Shown: positions 52,382-62,099, numbered from the stretch's first letter. The stretch is DNA of 64,000 nt from an uncultured delta proteobacterium (GCA_963804165.1 CAWDPO010000009.1:32001-96000), one strand, 5' to 3'. The notes: a model not told the origin generated them from the sequence alone. Made by a program: numbers and translations.

Positions 52382-53478
52382 TTAAACTTCCTTCGATTTG
52401 ATCGAATAGGTAAAGCTCTTCGCGTCGAGACTGTCCTTGCGGCCGTTCGCTGTCTCGGCCTGTGGATACATCAAATAGGCGATCTCCGAACCGCGAGATT
52501 GCGGCAGCTTTACATCGTGGGAGTAGTTATAGGGCAGCCAATTCATTTCCCATGCGCCGAATAGTTTTGCCCGCGCTTTTTTAACTTTGGGATCGTCGAT
52601 CGGCAGCTGTTCACCCGGCAGATTTTCTTCGAGCACGACCTTGCGCACATCCGCAGGATCCACCGGCACCCAACCGTACCCCGTCAAAAAAACTTCCGCC
52701 CGGCAGTGTTGCGCTCCGGTGATATCATCGGCTCTACCGAGACTTTTGAATTCCGCTGAATTGGCAACGCGCACGCCGTAAACGTCGCGCGCCGGCAAGC
52801 CGGCCGCGCGCGCCAAACCGACGTAAAGCGCGTTTAAGTCGGCGCATTTTCCGCCGAGATAGCCGGTTTCGAGCATTGTGGTGATATCGCCGATGCCGCA
52901 ACCTTTGACCTTAGGATCACGGAAGGTGTTGTCGACGATCCATTCGTAAATAGCCCGCGCTTTATCGACATCATTTTGTAGCCCCAGCACGATGCCTTTG
53001 GACGTCGTCGCGACGATGCCGTCGGTCCTAATGAACTTCGAGGGTTTGCGAAAATAATCGAGCACCGCCTTGTTCTCTTTGATCGCCGGATTGGGTTTCT
53101 GGCTCAGATCCACCGATCGATCTTGGGTCATAAAGCGGCTTTTGATTTCCAAGCTCGGGCTCTTTTCGCTCGCGGGCCCATTCCGCAAATACCAGTCCGG
53201 TTCCGACCTTGTCGGCCTGCGCCGCGCGCACGGTTTTATAATTTCCGCTCCAGCGTATCGGGCTCCCGTTTGAAATAGTCCGTGTTGGTCATCAGCGGCA
53301 CCGGCACCCAGGTGCGCACGGCGCCGACGGGATCGGCGATGTCGATCCGAGTCGTGACTTCGAAAGTGCGCCATTTCGCATCGTTGGCGTTCGCAAACGG
53401 TGCAAATTTCGGCAGACCGCCGAGCGCGAAGCCGGCAGAAACGGTCAGTCCTTGTTTGAGGAAATCGCGACGATTCAT
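52382..53478 (-). CDS. Tat-exported transglutaminase-like protein (frameshift near 53240)
   Basis: MNRRDFLK Tat signal; GKCADLN, HCRAE and WVPVDP catalytic triad motifs. Confidence 0.85.
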
Positions 53479-53644
53479 AGAATCCCCCTCTACATCACAT
53501 AGGCTTTAACAATGGGGGAAAATATAACTGTTAAGCCACTAATGTCAATTGCTGGCAATGATATTAATGTCTCTATCGGGGATGCTTGAAATCCCTGGCG
53601 TTCAGGCGAAGTGAAAGTTCGTCATGCCGGCGAACGCCGGCATC

Positions 53645-55490
53645 GTGCGCCCGTGAGGGCGCCACATCAGCACGGTGAAAGTCCGTGTCGGAGAAAGCCA
53701 CAACTCCGAAGCCGAAGGTAACTGCGTCGCCGCGAGGCGGGGTGGGGAGCAACCGGAGGCGAAGTGTCGGTCCGTAGGATAACGAACTCGATTCGGCGGA
53801 GAGCTGCGACGAGCCTGCGATGCCAAGGTGAAGTCCGAAAATCGCTGGTCACGCTGGCGTGGTGGAAAGCGATGACCAGGCAGTTCACGTGGTTGGAGAT
53901 GGAACGACAAGAAGGTGTGGCGAAGTAAGCGGGGAGACCTGCGCCGTAGGTGAGCGGCGCAGGAGTCAGAGCCTTCATGGTACCGCAGCGGCGAGGAGCC
54001 GCGAAAAGCGCTGAAAGTAAAGCAGCGCCGAGGGACGGGAGGCAGGAAGGTAGAAGCGTGAGCGATACGGAGTGGCAAAGCGAAAGCCAAGCGTCGGTAG
54101 TGCCTGAGAGGGCTACACAAGGCGCAGAGACCCAGGGACGAGACTGGACATGGGTAGAAGCCACAGTGTGGAGTGAGCGCATGTTGGCGGCGCTGGGAAA
54201 CGGCGTCAGAGGAGGCAAATGGTTTAGCCTGATCGATAAAGTGTACCGACCACAGACGCTCAAGGCGGCGTGGCAAAAAGTAAAGAGCAACGCCGGAGCA
54301 GCAGGAGTGGATGGACAGAGCGTGGAGCGGTTTGAGTCGCGGGCAGAACAGTATCTGGAAGAACTTGGGCAAACGCTTAAGGCGGGACAATACCGGCCAC
54401 AGCCGATCCGGCGTGTGGAGATTCCCAAAGGGGGCGGCAAGCTGCGCCCGCTGGGAATTCCTGTGGTCAAAGACCGCATCGTGCAAACGGCACTGAAGCT
54501 GGTGATCGAACCGATCTTTGAGCGCGAGTTTGAGGACTCCAGTCACGGTTTTCGCCCGGGTCGCGGCTGCAAAGAGGCGCTGAGCGAAGTGGATGAACTG
54601 ATCAAGGAAGGCTACGCCCATGTGGTGGATGCCGACTTGGACAGCTACTTTGACAGTATCCCAAATGAGCCGTTGATGGGTGAGGTCTCGGAGCGGATTA
54701 GCGACGGCAAAGTGTTGGATCTGATTCGTGCATTTCTGAATCAGGACATCATCGAAGGGATGAAACGATGGACACCGGTGGGAGGGACGCCGCAAGGAGC
54801 GGTGATCAGCCCGCTTCTGGCCAATATCTATCTTCATCCCTTGGACCGGCAGATGAGAGAGAAGGGCTACCGCATGGTGCGCTACGCCGATGACTTCGTA
54901 GTGCTTTGCCGCACGGCGCAACAAGCTCAAGGTGCGCTGGGCGAAGTGAGAGCCTGGGTCGAGCAAAAAGGGCTCAGGCTTAATGCAGACAAGACCCATG
55001 TAGGAGATTGTCGGCAAGCCGGGCAAGGTTTTGAGTTTCTCGGCTATCGCTTCGAGGCGGGGCAGCGCTGGGTAAGACCCAAGAGCTTCAAAGCGCTGCG
55101 CGAGCGCATCCGGCAGAAGACCCAACGCACGCGTGGGGACAGCTTGGCAAAGATCATCGAGGATCTTAACCCGATGCTGCGCGGTTGGTTTAACTACTTC
55201 AAGCATGCTCATTCGGTGGCACAGCTAGGAATCGACGGGTTTGTCCGTCGCAGGCTCCGCGCGATTCTGCGCAAGCAGGAGAAGCGACCGGGGATAGGAA
55301 AATGTTTCCATGACCATCTTCGGTGGCCCAATACTTTCTTCGCGGCACAAGGGTTGTTCACCATAACTGCGGCCCGTGTGTTAGCGAGCCAATCCCGATG
55401 AGGAAACTACCGACTGGAGAGCCGTGTGCGGGAGAACCGCACGCACGGTTCGGAGGGCGGGGACGGCGAAAGCCGTTCTCGACCCCCTAT
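53645..55490 (+). mobile_element. Group II intron (apparently complete ribozyme plus RT/maturase ORF)
   Basis: 5' GTGCG at 53645; domain V GAGCCGTGTGCGGGAGAACCGCACGCACGGTTC; domain VI ending CCCTAT at 55490. EBS1 candidate GATGCC (53819-53824) pairs with exon GGCATC. Confidence 0.9.
54058..55401 (+). CDS. ltrA: Group II intron reverse transcriptase/maturase (no endonuclease domain)
   Basis: RPLGIP, GFRPGR, GTPQGAVISPLLANIYL, YADD, FLGY and domain X (RGWFNYF). Start uncertain (GTG 54058 or 53950). Confidence 0.93.
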   Translation: MSDTEWQSESQASVVPERATQGAETQGRDWTWVEATVWSERMLAALGNGVRGGKWFSLIDKVYRPQTLKAAWQKVKSNAGAAGVDGQSVERFESRAEQYLEELGQTLKAGQYRPQPIRRVEIPKGGGKLRPLGIPVVKDRIVQTALKLVIEPIFEREFEDSSHGFRPGRGCKEALSEVDELIKEGYAHVVDADLDSYFDSIPNEPLMGEVSERISDGKVLDLIRAFLNQDIIEGMKRWTPVGGTPQGAVISPLLANIYLHPLDRQMREKGYRMVRYADDFVVLCRTAQQAQGALGEVRAWVEQKGLRLNADKTHVGDCRQAGQGFEFLGYRFEAGQRWVRPKSFKALRERIRQKTQRTRGDSLAKIIEDLNPMLRGWFNYFKHAHSVAQLGIDGFVRRRLRAILRKQEKRPGIGKCFHDHLRWPNTFFAAQGLFTITAARVLASQSR

Positions 55491-55643
55491 CAGGTGACGG
55501 ACGGTCAAAGAGGATGGGGATGGACCTCGGTTTTCACCGGGGTGACGATAACGCCGAAAAGACGGGCACAAGAGTCGACTTCCAGTCGACAAATTTAGAA
55601 CCCTCGGCCTGGAACCGAGCGTTCGTTCAGTTACCCCCCTGGT

Positions 55644-55769
55644 GACAGGTTGCTGTAAAAAGTCCGCAATGCTTCGAAACTCTCCCATGAACGGAAAATC
55701 ATCAACGATTTGAAATCCTCTCCGTTTGTCCCCAGCCAGGAAAGACTGGATCTTTTAGCAGCGTGTTAG
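55644..55769. mobile_element. Degenerate MITE-like element with an internal REP remnant
   Basis: Imperfect TIRs gACAGGTTGCTGTAAAA / TTTTAGCAGCGTGTTAG enclosing tgcttcg...catgaacgg...ccgtttgtcc. Confidence 0.45.
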
Positions 55770-55894
55770 CTCGAATCGCCTATGGCGAGCTCCCAGTCGA
55801 ATGACCGATAGAACCGTTCGGGAATGATGTACTCAAAGAGAGCTGGATAGCTTTTGCGCCAGGTTGCGGCGAAATACCCCGGAGTGATTAGGGA

Positions 55895-56359
55895 TCAAAG
55901 ACTTTTCAGAAATGCCAAAACCTCTTCAGGATGAGCTTCGGCCTTCTTGACAGTAGGCCAGTGTTTGATGACATCGCCTTTGGGACCGATCACTACCGTC
56001 GAGCGAATCGTTCCTTGTACTTCCTTGCCGTACATCATCTTCTTGCCGAAGGCGCCATACTTTTTCATCACTTCAGCCTTTGGATCCGACAGCAGGGTAA
56101 ACGGCAACTTGTAGTTGCCGGCGAATTTATTGTGCGATTCGATGCTGTCCTTGCTCACACCGAGCACAATCGCTCCGGATTTCTTCAATGGCGCATTCAA
56201 GTCGCGAAAGCCACAGGCCTCCTTGGTACAACCCGGCGTGTTGTCTTTCGGATAAAAGTAAAGCACGACGGTTTTGCCCTTGAAATCCTTCAGCGAGTGC
56301 TTCTTGCCATCGTTGCCGTCCAGGTTGAAAGATGGCGCCTTTTTTCCTTCAAGATTCAT
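55895..56359 (-). CDS. bcp: BCP/PrxQ thioredoxin-dependent peroxiredoxin (Cys form)
   Basis: [19 protein letters not shown]. Confidence 0.93.
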   Translation of the reverse strand: MNLEGKKAPSFNLDGNDGKKHSLKDFKGKTVVLYFYPKDNTPGCTKEACGFRDLNAPLKKSGAIVLGVSKDSIESHNKFAGNYKLPFTLLSDPKAEVMKKYGAFGKKMMYGKEVQGTIRSTVVIGPKGDVIKHWPTVKKAEAHPEEVLAFLKSL

Positions 56360-56433
56360 GCTCTAGTTTCTCCCCTTGCCAAGAACAGTTTCTGTTTTTC
56401 TGTCATTGTCGAAGTTCGATCACAAACCATGAT

Positions 56434-57237
56434 TCACAACGCCACGCGGTCGGCAGCGCGTGCCATGCGTCGAATCGGGTCGTAGTCACTGTCCAGCGCT
56501 TCGGCGAATCGCTCGAGACGTGCGCTCGCGAGCACATCACGACCTACTGAATCTTGGTGCATAGCGAGCAGCAAGGAGCGCACGTCGATTCGTAATGTCT
56601 CAGGCACGCGCGTGGAAATGACCCACGGAGGAATCGGGCTTGGCCCGATAGTCTCGATCACGCGAATCCGCCCGGCGATGTGATGGCGCTCGGCGAGAAT
56701 CCATTCCAATACCGTGCTATCGATAGCTGCGCCATCCACCGTACCGCGCAAAACCATTTCGAGCGACGTGGTATGCGCTCCGCTCTCGAGGGCTTCGCCA
56801 AAAAAAGCTTCGTTTTGTCCAAACTCGGATAGGTAAGCACGCACGACGTTATAGCCTGAATGTGATCGAGGCTCGTTGTAAGCCCACGCGGCGCCGCGGA
56901 GATCTAGAAGGGTTTGATAAGGACTGTGGCGTCGGACGATTATATCGGAGAAATAGACCGGCTTCCCAAGATAGCGATCACCGCCGGGAATCGGCACGGT
57001 AAGCAGCTCGATGTCCTTCGCCGATGTCTTGGCTTTTTGGACGTAGGGCAAACCGCAAAGCCACAAAATATCAATGTCACCGTCGTCAAATAGCCTTTCC
57101 CTTTCTTGCCACGGAATCCCCGTGACATATTCCGTCGACACGTCGAGGTGCTCGTTGATGTGGCCAGCGACGGCATGGCAAAAGCCTTCGCTATTCTCAG
57201 CCATACAGGAAGCGAGTTTCAGACGAAACATGAGCAA
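56434..57237 (-). CDS. PhnD/SsuA-fold ligand-binding protein without a signal peptide
   Basis: WLCGLPYV, YNEPRSHSGY, SGAH and DGAAIDS; no hydrophobic N-terminus. Confidence 0.8.
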   Translation of the reverse strand: MLMFRLKLASCMAENSEGFCHAVAGHINEHLDVSTEYVTGIPWQERERLFDDGDIDILWLCGLPYVQKAKTSAKDIELLTVPIPGGDRYLGKPVYFSDIIVRRHSPYQTLLDLRGAAWAYNEPRSHSGYNVVRAYLSEFGQNEAFFGEALESGAHTTSLEMVLRGTVDGAAIDSTVLEWILAERHHIAGRIRVIETIGPSPIPPWVISTRVPETLRIDVRSLLLAMHQDSVGRDVLASARLERFAEALDSDYDPIRRMARAADRVAL

Positions 57238-57249
57238 GAGAATTCCGCG

Positions 57250-57531
57250 CTACTCACTCACCTCAACGCCGCGCCAAAAAGCGATGTGATCCTTGATCGA
57301 CTTGGCGGCTTCTTTCGGTTCCGGATAGAACCAGGCGGCGTCTTGATTCACCTTATCGCCGACCTGCACGTGATAATAGCTGGCGAGCCCCTTCCACGGA
57401 CAAGTGCTGTGGGTATCGCTCGCCTTGAAAAATTCCGCCTTGATAGCATCGGATGGAAAATAATGGTTGCCCTCGACGACAATGGTCTTATCGGATTCTG
57501 CGAGCAAGGTATTCTCCCAGGTAGCTTTCAT
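57250..57531 (-). CDS. DUF427 protein
   Basis: VEGNHYFP, CPWKGLASYY and AAWFYPEP. Confidence 0.9.
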   Translation of the reverse strand: MKATWENTLLAESDKTIVVEGNHYFPSDAIKAEFFKASDTHSTCPWKGLASYYHVQVGDKVNQDAAWFYPEPKEAAKSIKDHIAFWRGVEVSE

Positions 57532-57555
57532 GTATTGCCTCCTTTAAGCCCAGAC

Positions 57556-58918
57556 TTACGAATCGGATACACAGCGAAACTTGGCAAACACATAGGGATA
57601 ATGCGCTTGATACCAATTGCGAAGGCTCGGCCGCACGAGATCCGCGTCCGTCGCCCAGGAAGCGCCTTTGACGACGAAATGCTTACCGTCAAAAAAATCC
57701 GCCGAGTACTCCGGATAGCTCTGGATGTAGGGCGTAAATCCCGGCAAAGGAGCGAATGGCGTGTCGGTCAATTCCCAACCGTTGCCGACCAGCTCGGAAA
57801 CTCCCCAGCGGCTGGTACCAGCGGGACTGGCGCCAACCGGCGCCGGTGACCAAAGGCTAAAATTAAAGTTGCCGTGCGACTTGTCGGGGTTGCCGTTGCC
57901 CCACGGATACTGAGACTCGTGTTCGTCCGGACCGTAATAGGCTGCCCGGTGAAACTCGGCTTCGGTCGGCAGTCGCTTGCCGCACCAGCGCGCATACGCG
58001 CGCGCTTCCGCGAGACTAGCATACACGGGCCAGTTGGCGACCTTCTCGAGTGCAAATTCGTCGAATATCGCACGATAAGTCCATTGACCATTTAGCCAGC
58101 ACCAGCACGATGGATGTCGCTTATTCTCGAGATTCTTCCAGCGCCAATCTTCCGGCCGCCAATAACTTTCTTCTTCATATCCGCCCGAGTCCATGAACTC
58201 GAAAAATTGACCGTTGGTCACCGGCAGCGAATCGATCGCGAACGCCGGCACATCGACAATCGTCTGCGCAAACTCATTGTCCCAGCCGAAATCCAGCTCG
58301 TCGAAATTCGCGCCCAGGCGCGCTTTCCCCGCCGGTATTTTGAATGGTGCGGCGCTGTGGCGCCGGCTGATAGGAATAGCGGAGCGGCTGCTGCGGCCTG
58401 GTCATTTTGTCGATGGGTAATTGTTGCAACATGTACAACAACGTTTCCTGGTGCATGTATTCATGCTCGAGCACCAGCTGAAAAACTCGACCCCGCTGTA
58501 ACATGGGATCGCTTGATTCCGACAGGGAAAGCATATCGAGCGATTCCAAGACCGCGTCACGCACGTTATCGCGGTATTCGACCGTGTCGCTCAAGCTCGG
58601 CCAGGCGTCGGGAACCTCCGGGTGCCAGTGGCACTCTCCGGTATCGACGTCGGGATCGACGCCACGGCAAAACAGATCGTCGAAATAAGCATTGAAAGAT
58701 TCCCACTTCAGAATGGCGCTGCAGACTTGATTCCAGTAAAAGGCTGGCAGATGACCTACATAAAAAATAAACGGATGACGCCACACGATCGGTTTGTCCA
58801 GCAAATCTTGCCCGCGAACCAGCGCAAAAATTTGATCTGTGCGCGCCCATGCCGAAACAAAATTGTCGCGGAGAAACTCTGCCTTGTCGTGTTCGCTGCG
58901 TCGTAACGGTCTTGCCAT
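57556..58918 (-). CDS. EgtB/Egt1-family non-heme iron sulfoxide synthase (DinB + FGE-sulfatase domains); frameshift near 58345
   Basis: RHPFIFYVGH, RGVDPDVD, EHEYMHQE iron motif, RLPTEAE, GNGWE and RNWY. Confidence 0.85.
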
Positions 58919-58957
58919 AAGCGTCTCCTGCCGTGATTCGTTTTGGCTATATACTTA

Positions 58958-58972
58958 ATAGGATTTGCCTAT
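58958..58972. promoter_or_regulatory. LysR-type T-N11-A operator upstream of the Egt1-like gene
   Basis: ATAGG-ATTTG-CCTAT palindrome, 40 bp upstream of the ATG at 58918. Confidence 0.55.
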
Positions 58973-59015
58973 GGAAGAGGCCAAGTCAAGACCCCGCGCG
59001 AAAAATATGCCGCGC

Positions 59016-59927
59016 TTAGCTCAGCTTGAGGAATTCACGGAAAGCTTTTGCGATCGGGTGCAGGGGGCGGCGCCGGTGGAAGACTTGGTAGAAGTCGCGG
59101 GCCATGCTCAGCCCGCGAACCGGCACTTCGACGATACTCCCCTCCGCCAGTTCGTGGCGAATGGAAATGCGCGACAAAATAGATATTCCGAACCCCGCCA
59201 TCAACGCCTCTTTGACCGCTTCCGTGCTGCCAAGCTCCATCGAGACATTCAACTGATCGTCGGGGACTCGGCGACCTTTGGCGAGCAGTTGGCGGAAAGA
59301 ATCGAGCGTGCCGGAGCCGTGCTCTCGCGAGATGAACTTTTCGTTTCGTAGGTCGGCGACTTCGACAAACTGGCGCCGGCACCACGGATGCCCTTTGGGA
59401 ACCGCGAGAACCATTTCGTCGTCCCAAATCTTTTCGAAGCAGAGCCTCACGTCGTGTCCCTTGAATCCGACGATTCCGAGCTCCACCTTGCCGTCTAGAA
59501 CATCTTCGACGATCCCCGCCGAGTCGCTAATGCGCAGGACGGGTTTCACCGCCGGATATTTTTTTGTGAACGCGCCGAGTTTCAGCGGCAACAGGTATTC
59601 GCCCGGGATGTTGCTCCCGCCGACCCAAAGTTCCCCGCTCAGGGTGCCGTGGAACTGTTCCACCGCCGCCACGGTTTCCCGCTTGAATACGATAAGATCT
59701 TTCGCCCTTGCGGCAACCATGAGTCCCAGGGGAGTGAGACTCACCTTGCCCGGAATGCGATAGAGCAGTTTACCGTCGACCGCCTTCTCCAATTCCTGAA
59801 CGTGTGCGCTGACCGTCGGTTGGCGCAGCGACAAAAGCTCCGCCGCCTGGGAAAAACTTTTTAGCTCTGCGACCCAGTAGAAAATTTCCAGTTTGTGAAG
59901 ATCTAAGTCTGCTTTGAGCTTGGGCAT
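59016..59927 (-). CDS. LysR-family regulator (CysL-like; resembles the selenium metabolism-associated LysR group)
   Basis: LRQPTVSAHVQELE HTH; SNIPGEYLLP, REHGSGT and ELGSTEAVK. Confidence 0.85.
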   Translation of the reverse strand: MPKLKADLDLHKLEIFYWVAELKSFSQAAELLSLRQPTVSAHVQELEKAVDGKLLYRIPGKVSLTPLGLMVAARAKDLIVFKRETVAAVEQFHGTLSGELWVGGSNIPGEYLLPLKLGAFTKKYPAVKPVLRISDSAGIVEDVLDGKVELGIVGFKGHDVRLCFEKIWDDEMVLAVPKGHPWCRRQFVEVADLRNEKFISREHGSGTLDSFRQLLAKGRRVPDDQLNVSMELGSTEAVKEALMAGFGISILSRISIRHELAEGSIVEVPVRGLSMARDFYQVFHRRRPLHPIAKAFREFLKLS

Positions 59928-60041
59928 CGAGATTGGCAAGAGGCACAATCGTGATCGAAGGATGCGAGTATGAGAACCCTGTCCGGGGGGAGCATGGTGA
60001 GCGCGAAACCCGCCATGCTCCCTTTGGAAACTGATGGAAAA

Positions 60042-60509
60042 TTACTTCTGCAAAAATTCCAGAACTTCCGCCGGATGCGCTTCCGCATTGGCAACCGGAA
60101 TCCAGTGCTTCTTTACTGTGCCGTCAGGTCCGATCAATGCAGTCGAGCGAATCGGCCCCTCGACGGTCTCACCCTGGGCATTTTGCCGGGGACCCCACGC
60201 GCCATAGACTTTCATGACCTCCACTTGGGGGTCGGACAATAGGGCGAACGGCAAGTTGAATTTAGCGATGAACTGATTATGTGACTCGATACTGTCTCTG
60301 CTGACTCCCAAGACCACGGTATTGGCCTGTGTTACCGTTTGAATAGCGTCGCGGAACCCGCACGCTTCTTTGGTTCAACCGGGTGTATCGTCCTTGGGAT
60401 AAAACCAAAGAATGACGTTTTTCCCGGCGTAGTCAGAAAGCGAATGCTTTTTGCCGTCGCTCCCCGGCAGCGTAAACGCCGGCGCTTTTTGCCCCTCTAA
60501 ATTTGCCAT
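60042..60509 (-). CDS. bcp: Selenocysteine-containing BCP/PrxQ peroxiredoxin (U45)
   Basis: AGGAGG RBS and ATG 60509; [22 protein letters not shown] with TGA (60375-60377) at the peroxidatic Cys. The frame continues to TAA at 60042 (155 aa). Confidence 0.88.
60341..60368 (-). promoter_or_regulatory. Bacterial SECIS-like hairpin
   Basis: AGCGT-GCGG-GTT-CCGC-G-ACGCT, with the apical loop G 18 nt downstream of the UGA. Confidence 0.7.
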
Positions 60510-60639
60510 GCACACCTCCTGTAGAGTTTGGATTATAGCTATTGCTTTATCACACCGACAAACCGTTGATCAAACTTCCACGCCGCTTTCTTCGCTCTGC
60601 ATTGTCAACATCTGATCCAGGCGGTATATATTCAAGATC

Positions 60640-61728
60640 ATGGCAAAACAGCCATCATTGATCGACTTCCACCGCGCCAACGGCGCCATTTTCGTCGAGC
60701 GCGATGGATGGCTATTGCCCGATCACTTCGGCAACTCCGCGGCTGAATATGCCGCTGCGCGCTTCGCCGTCGGCTTGATCGATCTCTCACACCGCGGCTT
60801 ACTGCAATTCACCGGTCCCGACCGTCTCTCCTTCCTCCAAGGAATGTTGTCCAATGATCTGCGCGTCCTGAATCCCTTTGACGGCCAGTATGCGACGATC
60901 CTAACACAGCAGGGAAAAGTCGTCGCCGACGTGCGCGTGCTTTGCTCGCTGAACTCTTTCTACCTCGATTTCTGGGAAAATCTGAAAGAAACAATTATCG
61001 AGCATCTAAACCGCTACCTGGTCGCCGATGAGGTCGAGATGGCCGACCGCTCTAAGGAATATACGCTCATTTCGCTTCAGGGTCCGAATTCCGAGATGCT
61101 CTTGAGGACCCTGGCTGCAAACGCGGAATTGCCTGCCCAATCGAAGCAGCATGTCATGATCGAGGTCGACGGCGCGGCGATCTGCGTGGTCCGGGAAGAT
61201 CGCTATCGCCTGCCGGGATTTGACTTAATTGTGCCACTCACCAAGATCTCCCACATCGCGGAACAATTGACCGCGACGGGCAAACAAAATGCCGCCGTAT
61301 GGATCGGCGAGCAAGCGCAAAACATTCTCCGGATCGAAGCGGGCATCCCTCGCTATGGCGTCGATTTTAACGACGATAACTTGCTGTTGGAGGTTGGGAT
61401 CGATGACGCCGTAAGCTTCACCAAGGGTTGTTATTTGGGTCAGGAAGTGGTCGAGCGCATTCGCTCGCGCGGCCACGTCAACAAAAAGCTCTGCGGCGTG
61501 GTGCTCGACGGTAAATCGCCCGCTGCAGCCGGTGACCTGATCCAAGCGGGCGAGAAAGAAGTTGGCAAGATCACCAGCTCCGTTGTTTCGCCGTCGTTAG
61601 GCCGTCCGATCGCCCTGGGGTACGTGATGAAAGAGTATTGGGAACCGGGGACCAAACTCACACTTCAGCGCGACGGCACTGAGATGTACGCCACCGTCAC
61701 GCAGCTGCCCTTCATCGCCTCCCCTTGA
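60640..61728 (+). CDS. YgfZ/GcvT-family folate-binding protein
   Basis: DLSHRG, RIEAG and KGCYLGQE signature. Confidence 0.9.
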   Translation: MAKQPSLIDFHRANGAIFVERDGWLLPDHFGNSAAEYAAARFAVGLIDLSHRGLLQFTGPDRLSFLQGMLSNDLRVLNPFDGQYATILTQQGKVVADVRVLCSLNSFYLDFWENLKETIIEHLNRYLVADEVEMADRSKEYTLISLQGPNSEMLLRTLAANAELPAQSKQHVMIEVDGAAICVVREDRYRLPGFDLIVPLTKISHIAEQLTATGKQNAAVWIGEQAQNILRIEAGIPRYGVDFNDDNLLLEVGIDDAVSFTKGCYLGQEVVERIRSRGHVNKKLCGVVLDGKSPAAAGDLIQAGEKEVGKITSSVVSPSLGRPIALGYVMKEYWEPGTKLTLQRDGTEMYATVTQLPFIASP

Positions 61729-61790
61729 ATACGACAATCAAGTTCGTATAGTTATCGGAACTTTTGCGCGGATAAGAAAGGGACGTGAGA

Positions 61791-62099
61791 ATGGCTAATT
61801 TCGTTAAGGTTTGTAAAGCCGGCGATGTCAAAGCCGGCTGCGGCAAGAGTATCGACATCAACGGTAAGGCCATCGGAGTATTCAACGTCGATGGGAAATT
61901 CTACGCCATCAACGACGTATGCGGTCATCGCGGCGGTCCGTTGGGCGAAGGCGAGCTGGACGGCACCACGGTGATCTGCCCCTGGCATGGCTGGCGCTAC
62001 AACGTCGCCACCGGCGAGAACGAGCTGCTGCCGAATTTGCCCACCGAAAAGTTCGAAGTGAAAGTCGAAGAAGACGACGTGCTCGTAGACCTCGCTTGA
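61791..62099 (+). CDS. Rieske [2Fe-2S] ferredoxin
   Basis: CGH...CPWHG. Confidence 0.9.
   Translation: MANFVKVCKAGDVKAGCGKSIDINGKAIGVFNVDGKFYAINDVCGHRGGPLGEGELDGTTVICPWHGWRYNVATGENELLPNLPTEKFEVKVEEDDVLVDLA

Noticed and set aside
53602-55212. 536-aa antisense ORF over the intron RT
   Set aside because: Shadow ORF of the RT reading frame with no recognisable motifs.
53950-55401. RT as a retron, DGR or defence RT
   Set aside because: It is flanked by a GTGCG 5' end and canonical domains V/VI and has domain X, so it is a group II intron.
60375-60377. TGA as a nonsense mutation or sequencing error
   Set aside because: It falls exactly on the peroxidatic Cys with a SECIS-like hairpin behind it, and the other errors in this window are indels rather than substitutions.
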